Shown: one piece after another, positions 8,801 to 16,449 of the stretch
How the letters are laid out: every line of letters starts with the position of its first letter
Position numbering within the stretch: position 1 is the stretch's first letter
NCBI GenBank assembly: GCA_003144275.1
Contig: NJBF01000003.1
Coordinates: 102,699-134,698, forward strand
Direction of reading: 5' to 3'
Origin: Candidatus Heimdallarchaeota archaeon B3_Heim
Lineage (GTDB): Archaea > Asgardarchaeota > Heimdallarchaeia > Hodarchaeales > Hodarchaeaceae
Length of the DNA: 32,000 nt
The notes under the pieces: model-generated
What the model was told of the DNA's origin: nothing
The model's database searches: none
The model's input: only the letters and a program-made list of their open reading frames with translations
Made by a program: the position numbers and the translations under genes

Positions 8801-9343
8801 TTATCCTTTTTTCTTCTGCTGTGGAGAGGGAACCAGAATAAGGTCATATTCACGTGAACCTATTCCTTGAGAATAAGCAGCAGCTAATTGTGTTTCTGCA
8901 ATAATGGGTCGAGATACAGGATCAACAAATCGGCTATATAAACCCAATTTTTGATTTTCAGCTTCCAATGCTCGTTCATTCGGTTCAATTCGTCCACTTG
9001 GAGAATTCATTCCAGTTTCCGCAGGTGACATGGGTAGTCCCCGAGCTTTAGTGACAAGATCCACACTTGCTTGATCTATAGCAATTGGATCTTCAGAATA
9101 CAAGATGCCCTGGTCTGGAACGAGAAGATGTCCACCTGCAGACATACAATCACAATGGCTTGTGATATCAATTGCGATGTTGAAATATCTTAATCTCTCC
9201 TTTCCAGTCCCTTTTACTACTCCTCCAGCATTATCCATCATTCTTTCTACTTGTTCCACACTGGGAACCCGGCGTCTTAATGCAAAAACTCGTTCTTTTT
9301 CCATATCCTTTCCGTGATGACATTTATCAAAACACATGATCAT
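8801..9343 (-). pseudogene. C-terminal part of a DUF362-like Fe-S protein (5'-truncated)
   Basis: NIAIDITSHCDC, VPDQGILYSEDPIAIDQASVDLV and a GIGSREYDLI ending match the C-terminal half of DUF362 ferredoxin-like proteins. Only CFDKC remains of the ferredoxin motif, an in-frame stop lies 12 codons upstream, and the N-terminal half is absent. Confidence 0.6.
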
Positions 9344-9482
9344 TTTTGTCCGACAAAGCGAGATTACTCGTATTCGCTAACCTCTCCCTCTCTCTTACAT
9401 TCATAAAAAGCCTCCCTCCATAACCTCTTCCAAGCGAGGTGATGAAAAGAAAAATTCCTAACTTCTTGGGTCTTATTCACTT

Positions 9483-9690
9483 GTAACTACGTGAGACGAG
9501 TTACCCGTCAAAGGCAAGAGAAGAATGACCCTTTAGACGTGAGAGGTATTAGCGCTGGGGATATCAGCAGTAAGGATGCTTCAAGTAGTCCCAATGAATA
9601 GTAACCCTTTTAGTGGTGCTAATCTGCTGGATAGCGGATGTGTGACTCATCCTGTCCAGAACTCTTTTCAAGAGTTGTCTGACAAATCTA
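9483..9690 (+). ncRNA. Candidate structured non-coding RNA of unknown class
   Basis: Consecutive hand-verified helices: 9483-88/9499-504, 9506-14/9530-39, 9548-56/9615-23, 9627-40/9648-59, 9660-66/9670-76. Several G-U pairs work only on the + strand. The block looks GC-richer than the other intergenic spacers and carries no long ORF. Confidence 0.4.
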
Positions 9691-9705
9691 GTCATGAACC
9701 AAAGC

Positions 9706-9713
9706 TATAAAAA
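9706..9713 (+). promoter_or_regulatory. Putative TATA box for the 9747 gene
   Basis: TATAAAAA preceded by an A-rich BRE-like stretch, about 35-40 nt upstream of the ATG. Confidence 0.4.
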
Positions 9714-9746
9714 TAGTAATGTAAGAGAATTACATAATCATTTTTC

Positions 9747-10415
9747 ATGGTGAAATTACTAATGAGATTCGGTCCAACTTCTTTTTCTAGTGATACAGAA
9801 CTTACTAAACCCTTAACCTCTTTCGGCCCACTAGTTGCTAAAGGTAATCTTTATGCTTCGGAGATAAAAACTAATGGTCCTTGTTCGATAGGAGACAATT
9901 TAGAGATAGATTTATCGCTAAAGGTGAATGGTCCTCTAGTTGTAAAAGGATCCTTAACCTGTCACAAAGAGGCGGCTGCCAAAGTTAATGGCCCTGTAAA
10001 CATCAATAATGGCATCATTGGTGGAAAAATCAAAATAAACGGCCCATTGAAAGCACGGTATGTAGAAGTCAATAATTTCAAGGTGAATGGACCATTAACC
10101 GTTGAGGAAGACATTATAGCTGAAGAAAATATTATTATTGGAGTAGGACGGTCAAGCAAAGGACGTGAAGGTCAATCTGTGTCAGTAGGAGGAGTTATTG
10201 CAGCGCCAGTAATTCGGATCACCAATTATTCTTCTATGTTTTCAGCTGCTAAAATCATTAAAAAAGTAATAGGATTAAAGGATAACTTTGAAAGAGTATT
10301 AATTCTTAAAGATCTAAAATTTAAAGCTGAAAAATTAGAGTTAGAGGGAATCGAATTAGAAAATTGTGACACAACTGAAGTTGGAGAAATTATTCAGATT
10401 CATTCTAAAAAATAA
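9747..10415 (+). CDS. Beta-helix/solenoid repeat protein, bactofilin (polymer-forming cytoskeletal)-like
   Basis: Seven [F/N]GP-anchored repeats (Gly at aa 9, 27, 44, 62, 82, 99, 115; spacing 16-20 aa) with alternating V/I/L beta-strand pattern; no signal peptide or TM segment. Confidence 0.65.
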   Translation: MVKLLMRFGPTSFSSDTELTKPLTSFGPLVAKGNLYASEIKTNGPCSIGDNLEIDLSLKVNGPLVVKGSLTCHKEAAAKVNGPVNINNGIIGGKIKINGPLKARYVEVNNFKVNGPLTVEEDIIAEENIIIGVGRSSKGREGQSVSVGGVIAAPVIRITNYSSMFSAAKIIKKVIGLKDNFERVLILKDLKFKAEKLELEGIELENCDTTEVGEIIQIHSKK

Positions 10416-10559
10416 GTTACAAGAATTGACCTTTTTCTTATTTGTTTTTCAAAGAATGTTTTTTAGTAACAATCGAAAATTCCTATATGCTTTCTTAATA
10501 CAGGGAGGAGAAAAATTTAAATATTCACATCATCCTTTCACTTAGGCGGATGATAGTTT

Positions 10560-11723
10560 ATGTCAAACATGAAAAATAGTCGAGTTTTATTAATATGTGT
10601 AGTTCTAGTAGGTGTCGTCCTGCTATCTGGTTGTACTACAACTAGTAGTGGCAAGATTAAGGCAGGATTTATCTATGTTGGTCCTATTGGCGATTATGGG
10701 TGGACTAATGCCCATGATGAAGGTAGAACTATCGTAGAAGATAAATATGACTGGTTAGAAACAGTTTATATTGAAAGTGTTGCAGAGGACACTGCGAGTG
10801 TAGTCGCAGCGGCTGATACGCTGGTAGAAGTGGAACAATGTGATGTAATATTCACGACATCCTTTGGATTTATGGATGGTACACTAGCAGCTGCTGAAAA
10901 ATACCCCGATGTATTATTTTTCCACTGTTCAGGATTTATGAGAGGCGCAAATGTTGGTAATTATTTTGCTGATTTTTACCAGCTTTATTACCTTAATGGG
11001 TTGATGGCTGGCGCCCTAAGTCAAAGTGGTGAACTCGGATATGTTGGCGCTTTTCCAATACCTGAAGTTATTCGTCATATCAATGCATTTACGTTAGGGG
11101 CTCGAGCTGTGAACGCAACAGCTACCGTTGACGTTCGTTGGATTTACAGCTGGTACGATCCTACATTAGCAACTAATGCCGCAGATGCACTTGTCGCTGC
11201 TGGTGTCGATATGCTTGCATTTACTGAAGATTCTCCTGCAGTGATTCAAGCAGCAGAAAAGTATGATGATGTTTATGCTTTTAGTCATTATTCACCCATG
11301 CAATACTATGGGAATGATAGTACAATTTCTGGTCAATTAGTCCATTGGGATATCTTATATGATGAGATTTTGTCAAAAGTGAATGATGGAACATATAACA
11401 ATACCAATTTAGCTGATGTTGACTATCTCTGGTTCCTTAAAGAAGACGCAGTAGAATTAGGTGGGCTTTTTGGTGTTCCAATAAATACCATATTTGAGGA
11501 TGATCTGAAAGCAGTTGATGTCAGTGGTGAAACAGCCTATGCACTTGTGATGCGCCGTCTGGATGAGATGGATGGACCTACTGTTACATTTGACCCTTTT
11601 ACTGGTCCGATTAAGGCCCAAAACGGTACCATAATGTTTGCTGATGGAGTACAAGCAACAATACCTGATTTGTTTGCATTTATGGACTGGTTTGTTGAAG
11701 GAGTTATTGGTTCACCTTCTTAA
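10560..11723 (+). CDS. BMP-family (PnrA/TmpC-like) ABC transporter substrate-binding lipoprotein, nucleoside/purine type
   Basis: Lipobox LLSGC; GFIYVGPIGDYGWTNAHDEGR, TTSFGFMD, FHCSG, GYVGAFPIPEVIRHINAFTLGA, W..SWYDP. Confidence 0.93.
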   Translation: MSNMKNSRVLLICVVLVGVVLLSGCTTTSSGKIKAGFIYVGPIGDYGWTNAHDEGRTIVEDKYDWLETVYIESVAEDTASVVAAADTLVEVEQCDVIFTTSFGFMDGTLAAAEKYPDVLFFHCSGFMRGANVGNYFADFYQLYYLNGLMAGALSQSGELGYVGAFPIPEVIRHINAFTLGARAVNATATVDVRWIYSWYDPTLATNAADALVAAGVDMLAFTEDSPAVIQAAEKYDDVYAFSHYSPMQYYGNDSTISGQLVHWDILYDEILSKVNDGTYNNTNLADVDYLWFLKEDAVELGGLFGVPINTIFEDDLKAVDVSGETAYALVMRRLDEMDGPTVTFDPFTGPIKAQNGTIMFADGVQATIPDLFAFMDWFVEGVIGSPS

Positions 11724-11729
11724 AAAGTC

Positions 11730-11762
11730 AAATAGGGAAATTTTCCCTTCTATTTTTTTTTA
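11730..11762 (+). terminator. Hairpin plus T-tract between the binding-protein and ATPase genes
   Basis: AAATAG/CTATTT and GGGAA-ATT-TTCCC inverted repeats followed by a T-run. Confidence 0.5.
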
Positions 11763-11852
11763 TTAATTCATCACAATTGGTCGGAATGTCTATATACTCT
11801 CACATTTGATATTCTATTTCACTAATAGCGTTGGAATTGAAGAGGAACTATT

Positions 11853-13439
11853 ATGGAAACTGTCCTTGAAATGCAGAATGTATGCAAAACATTTTATGGG
11901 GATGGAGTTGAGATTCATGCGAATGACAATGTAAATTTTTCACTGAAACATGGGGAAATTCATGCTCTTTTAGGCGAAAATGGTGCTGGGAAGTCAACTC
12001 TCGTAAATAATCTCTTTCGGAAACCTGACAGTGGAACCATTTTATTACGAGGTAAAGAAGTTGAACTCAGTAATCCAATTGCAGCCCTTAGGCATGGGCT
12101 TGCTATTGCCCGTCAGGATCTTTCAAAAAGCCTGATAGAACGGCACACAGTTGCCGAAAATATTCTGAGTATATCAGAAGGTTTTTTCCTCTCCTTATCA
12201 CGTATTGAACGAGAAATAACGAGTGCTCTGAATAAATATGAGTTGGGAGATATTGATCCTAAAACTAAAATCTGGAAACTTTCGGGAGGAGAAAAACAAA
12301 GAGTAGAAATCTTAAAGGCGCTTATTACGGATCCAGAAATAATAATTCTTGATGAACCAACGTCTATGCTCACACCTCCTGAAATTGTTAATCTTTTCAG
12401 TCTTCTTAATTCCCTACGCTCTCAAGGAAAAAGTATCATTATTATCACTCACCACCTTGAAGAGGCAATTAATTACTGTGATCGCATTACTGTGATGAGA
12501 CATGGAGAAGTTGTGGCTACTCTCGAAACTGAAAAAGAAAAAAACGCCTGGGTTTCCGAAGAGGAGGGAATCCGGCGTTTAGCCACCTTAATGGTTGGTA
12601 AAGAAGTATTATATGAATTAGCTCGAAAGAAAATGGAACCTGGAAAGTTAACGGCGGAAATCCAGGGCCTTTTTACTACGAATGATATGGGAGATACTGT
12701 TGTAAACGGAGTGAGTCTTCAATTAAAGGAAAATCAAATATTAGGGATTGCAGGAATATCAGGTAATGGTCAACAAGAATTAGTTGAGGCAATGCTACAT
12801 TGGCGCAAAGTTGATTCTGGAAAAGTACTTATTCATGGAAAAAAAATTGATGGTGTGTCCATTGTCCAAGATATTACAGGTAAATCAATAAGAGAAATTA
12901 GAGATTTAGGAATTGCGTATATTCCAGAAGATCGTCGAAAAGCTCTTATTCTGGATTTATCGATACGAGAAAATCTTATCCTTAATTCTTACCGAAAATC
13001 AGGTGGTTTATTCATAGATCAGAAATCTATCGTGAATGTAACAGAAGAATTGATATCCATTTTCAAAATTAAAACTCCTAGTGCCCTTTCATCCGTTCGG
13101 AGTTTATCTGGGGGTAATAGACAGAAAGTAGTAGTGGCACGCGAAACAACACTCGCTCCTCCAGAAGGACGAAAATTGATTTTAATAGCAGAAAATCCGA
13201 CTTTCGGACTTGACGTTGGTACGACCCAATTCGTTCGAGAAGAACTATTACGGCTAAGGGAAGAAGGGGCTGCTATTATGTTGATTTCTAGTGATTTGAC
13301 AGAGGTTTTAGCTCTCAGTGATCGGATAGCTGTTATGTATAAGGGGAAAATTATGGGTATTTTGAATTCACAGGAAGCTACAAGAGAGAAAGTAGGTTTA
13401 ATGATGGGAGGATCTACACTTCAGGAGGTCATTGAATGA
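11853..13439 (+). CDS. ABC transporter ATP-binding protein with two fused NBDs (CUT2 sugar/nucleoside family)
   Basis: Walker A GENGAGKST, LSGGEKQR, ILDEPT; second NBD degenerate (GISGNGQQE, YIPEDR, LSGGNRQK, PT.GLDVG). Confidence 0.95.
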   Translation: METVLEMQNVCKTFYGDGVEIHANDNVNFSLKHGEIHALLGENGAGKSTLVNNLFRKPDSGTILLRGKEVELSNPIAALRHGLAIARQDLSKSLIERHTVAENILSISEGFFLSLSRIEREITSALNKYELGDIDPKTKIWKLSGGEKQRVEILKALITDPEIIILDEPTSMLTPPEIVNLFSLLNSLRSQGKSIIIITHHLEEAINYCDRITVMRHGEVVATLETEKEKNAWVSEEEGIRRLATLMVGKEVLYELARKKMEPGKLTAEIQGLFTTNDMGDTVVNGVSLQLKENQILGIAGISGNGQQELVEAMLHWRKVDSGKVLIHGKKIDGVSIVQDITGKSIREIRDLGIAYIPEDRRKALILDLSIRENLILNSYRKSGGLFIDQKSIVNVTEELISIFKIKTPSALSSVRSLSGGNRQKVVVARETTLAPPEGRKLILIAENPTFGLDVGTTQFVREELLRLREEGAAIMLISSDLTEVLALSDRIAVMYKGKIMGILNSQEATREKVGLMMGGSTLQEVIE

Positions 13440-14572
13440 AAATTGCAAATTATGAACTAATATTTCAAAAAAGAACTTTCTCAATTACTGGATTCCGCGC
13501 TATTGCTTATAGGATACTTTTCGTCATATTTGGGTTAATGACTGTTGGGTTCATATTTTTGTTAAATGGAATAAACCCTCTGGATCTATTCTTCTTGTCA
13601 AATCGATCTATGCTCCGTATTATCTTGATATTACTCCCTCATACATTTGTTTCATTCATACCGCTTCTTTGTATTGCCATAGGGCTAGCCATCCCTTTTA
13701 AAGCACGAATAGACAACATTGGAGCGGAAGGACAATTTATTATGGGAATGCTAGCAGCAACATGGACTGCAATGGAATTTCCCGATCTTCCATCAATTGT
13801 CCTTATACCCCTAATGTTTCTTAACGGATTCATTCTTGGAGCTATTTGGGCTCTTCCAGTTGTTTTTTTCAGAGCAAAAGGAGGATTCCAAGGCGCCGAT
13901 GTAGTTGTTTCTTTTCTAATGGTTTTTCCAGCTCTTTATTTAATGCAGTACCTTGTTAGTGGTCCTTGGCGAGATCCAGCGACTGGTTTTGCTTTTTCCA
14001 AAATCTTACCCGAATCTGCACAAATTCCAGGAATACCAATTGAAATCTATGTACCTTTTCTAGATGCCACATGGAATTTCGATCCTGTGCACATATCTAT
14101 ATTTTTGGTTCTGATAATTGCACTCGTAACGTACTACTACTTATTCCGTACTGAAGAGGGAATTCCAAAAACGAAGATTGGTTATGAAATCAACGTCACA
14201 GGCAAAAATCCTTTAGCTGGACGGATGGCAGGTATAAGTTTTTTCAAGGTAATTTTGATCAGTATGATAATTTCAGGAGGTCTCGCTGGAATAGCAGGAG
14301 TTGCTGAAATTGCAGGTAATAAATTACGACTTACTGTTAATTCGGCAGGTTATGGTTTTACAGCAATTGTTGTTGCGTATCTGGGTGGCCTAAATCCGAT
14401 AGGGATAATTTTTAGTGCATTATTTTTTGCCGCATTGATTTCTGGTGGAACAGCAATCAACTTAACAGGTCTACCCGTATCTGCACTAGATATGTTCAGC
14501 GGTATCATTTTGTTTTATGTCCTACTATCAGAATTTTTCTTTCGCTATACAATCAAATGGAGGCGTTCTTAA
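13436..14572 (+). CDS. ABC transporter permease (nucleoside type), subunit 1
   Basis: NIGAEGQF, G.N..A.R.AGI loop, SGGLAGIAG, GYGFTAIVVA.LG.LNP; 4-nt overlap with the ATPase gene. Confidence 0.93.
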   Translation: MKIANYELIFQKRTFSITGFRAIAYRILFVIFGLMTVGFIFLLNGINPLDLFFLSNRSMLRIILILLPHTFVSFIPLLCIAIGLAIPFKARIDNIGAEGQFIMGMLAATWTAMEFPDLPSIVLIPLMFLNGFILGAIWALPVVFFRAKGGFQGADVVVSFLMVFPALYLMQYLVSGPWRDPATGFAFSKILPESAQIPGIPIEIYVPFLDATWNFDPVHISIFLVLIIALVTYYYLFRTEEGIPKTKIGYEINVTGKNPLAGRMAGISFFKVILISMIISGGLAGIAGVAEIAGNKLRLTVNSAGYGFTAIVVAYLGGLNPIGIIFSALFFAALISGGTAINLTGLPVSALDMFSGIILFYVLLSEFFFRYTIKWRRS

Positions 14573-15523
14573 ATGGTAGAACTTCTGAATCCGATACTGT
14601 GGCACTCAATAGTTGCAGCTGCTACCTTTTTTGTTCTTCCAACTCTTGGTGAGATTTATGCTGAGCGTTCTGGTATATTGAATTTAGGTATTGAAGGAAT
14701 GGTAATTGCTGGAGCTGCGGGGTCGTACGCAATTGCGTACCAGACTCAGGATATTTTATTGGGAGTCCTTTTTGGAATGTTTATAGGCGGCCTACTCGCC
14801 ACGATCCATGCAATTCTAACGATAACCTTCAACAGGAATCAAGTGGTGTCTGGAATAGGCTTGACTATCTTAGGAACAGGACTTAGCGGATTGTTAGGGG
14901 ATGCAGTTGTTGGAAAAGCCTTAAAAGGCATTGATTCTACTCCTATTCCAATTTTAAAAGATATTCCAACGATAGGTGAGGTATTTTTTGATCAAAATAT
15001 TTTTGTATATCTTAGCTTTATTTTAGCACCAATCTTGTGGTTTATTCTGTATAAAACTCGAATTGGTATCCTGATCAGGTCAGTTGGAGAAAATCCTTCT
15101 GCCTCAATGAATCAAGGTGTAAATGTGAGACTGATCCGATATCTTTGTGTTATCTTTGGAGGAATGATGGCTGGACTTGGAGGGGCATATCTTTCACTTG
15201 GGTGGTTAAATTTCTGGACTGATGGAATGACACAAGGAAGAGGATGGATAGTCATTGCTCTAGTAGTAGTGGCATTATGGAATCCCTTAGGAGCGTTCAT
15301 TGGATCCTATCTTTTTGGAATGTTTGATGTCTTACAATTTTCTTTCCAACACGAGGCAATCCCGTTCATCTTTCCTACTGGAATCCCCCCATCTGTATTA
15401 AAAATGATGCCTCCTGTTTCCACAATCTTATTCTTAGCAATTTGGGGAATCATCTTATCACAACAGAAAGTAAAGAGTATTGTTGGCGCACCTACAGCGT
15501 TAGCAAAACCTTTTGAAGATTGA
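14573..15523 (+). CDS. ABC transporter permease (nucleoside type), subunit 2
   Basis: LGEIYAERSGILNLGIEG, NQVVSGIG, RSVGENP, GRGWIVIALV, P.AL.KPF. Confidence 0.93.
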   Translation: MVELLNPILWHSIVAAATFFVLPTLGEIYAERSGILNLGIEGMVIAGAAGSYAIAYQTQDILLGVLFGMFIGGLLATIHAILTITFNRNQVVSGIGLTILGTGLSGLLGDAVVGKALKGIDSTPIPILKDIPTIGEVFFDQNIFVYLSFILAPILWFILYKTRIGILIRSVGENPSASMNQGVNVRLIRYLCVIFGGMMAGLGGAYLSLGWLNFWTDGMTQGRGWIVIALVVVALWNPLGAFIGSYLFGMFDVLQFSFQHEAIPFIFPTGIPPSVLKMMPPVSTILFLAIWGIILSQQKVKSIVGAPTALAKPFED

Positions 15524-15558
15524 CCGTCACTTGTACAATCAGAAAATGAGATTCGAAC

Positions 15559-16449
15559 ATGAGCAAAACAGAACCAACGATCCCTTTTTTCCATACTCTG
15601 CAGGGACTAATAATTCTTGGTAGGCCCGTCGATGGAATTATTATTGGAAGTACAGCTGTTCTCGGTATGATTGTCAGTTTACGTTCAATGCCTTCTTTCA
15701 CCCAATTATCTTTTGGATTACTATGTGGGATCTTAGTACTTGCAGGAATGGACACTCTTAACGATTATTTGGATATTGAGATAGATAAAATTTCCAAATC
15801 ATGGCGGCCTTTACCACAGGGGACAGTTAGTCGTCAATTAGCTTTATTAGCAGCCATAATAGAAACTATGCTAGCATTAACCTTGGGTTATTTCCTTTTT
15901 AACTATCAAGCAATTCTTGTTGGGCTAATTGCTATTACAGCGGCAGTAGTATATTCGAAATGGTTAAAACCTATATTTTTAGCAAAAAATATCATCGTAG
16001 CATTTAGTTTATCATTAGCATTCCTAGGTGGTGCCCTTTCTGTTAATTCGGCACCCCAAATTGATTTAACGTTTCTCTTACTACAACTACTAACATTTGT
16101 GGCAGCTTTCATATTTGAAGTTCATAAGGATCTTGGAGATTTACGTGGAGATTCACTTCATGAAGTTCAAACTCTCCCTACAAGATTTGGACCAATAAAA
16201 ACAGTGAAATTGATTATTTTGGGATATACAATGGCATGGATGATTGCTGTTTCATTTATCTTTATTATGGAAGTAGACCTCATCTACGTTCTAATTCTTT
16301 TACTCACTTTAGTCCTACTCATCCTTGTTCTCTATTTATTGGATAAAGATCCCTTAAATAATATTGAATCTACTAGACGCATTATGACGTTAGTTATGGG
16401 GTTTATTCTTCTTGGTTTGGCTAGATTGACTCTTTTAAACCTTAACTAA
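15559..16449 (+). CDS. UbiA-family membrane prenyltransferase, digeranylgeranylglyceryl-phosphate synthase-like
   Basis: NDYLDIEID...RPLPQG (first Asp-rich motif), KDLGDLRGD...TLP (second), YS..LK; about 8 hydrophobic segments. Confidence 0.85.
   Translation: MSKTEPTIPFFHTLQGLIILGRPVDGIIIGSTAVLGMIVSLRSMPSFTQLSFGLLCGILVLAGMDTLNDYLDIEIDKISKSWRPLPQGTVSRQLALLAAIIETMLALTLGYFLFNYQAILVGLIAITAAVVYSKWLKPIFLAKNIIVAFSLSLAFLGGALSVNSAPQIDLTFLLLQLLTFVAAFIFEVHKDLGDLRGDSLHEVQTLPTRFGPIKTVKLIILGYTMAWMIAVSFIFIMEVDLIYVLILLLTLVLLILVLYLLDKDPLNNIESTRRIMTLVMGFILLGLARLTLLNLN

Noticed and set aside
9325-9402. Short minus-strand ORF MNVRERERLANTSNLALSDKNDHVF behind a GGAGGGAGG motif, and a 14-aa plus-strand ORF at 9442-9486
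   Set aside because: Too short to support, no recognisable motif, and a frameshift into the DUF362 fragment does not restore the ferredoxin motif.
9562-9633. SAM-I riboswitch (AGUAACC...GGUGCUAAU resembles P3; UAUC/GAUA resembles P1)
   Set aside because: No AUC-A/C-AGAG J1/2, no proper GA kink-turn in P2, no L2 pseudoknot, and the downstream gene is not sulfur/SAM-related. Kept only as part of the unknown-RNA finding.
9439-9682. Box C/D sRNA (GTGATGA at 9439-45, CTGA at 9679-82)
   Set aside because: Boxes are ~240 nt apart with no terminal stem or C'/D' pair; compatible with chance.
9430-9700. SRP RNA, RNase P RNA, TPP riboswitch, tRNA or group II intron domain V
   Set aside because: Missing CAGG-GNRA-AGCA helix 8, GAGGAAAGUCC, CUGAU..GG.UAAU, a valid T-arm/cloverleaf, and an AGC/CGC triad respectively, on both strands.
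9548-9745. Group I intron (GCUGG/UCAGCAG P4-like, UAGUC P7-like, flanking hairpins)
   Set aside because: P5 would be absent, no P3 pairing could be found, the P7 5' strand mismatches, and no interrupted exon pair is evident.
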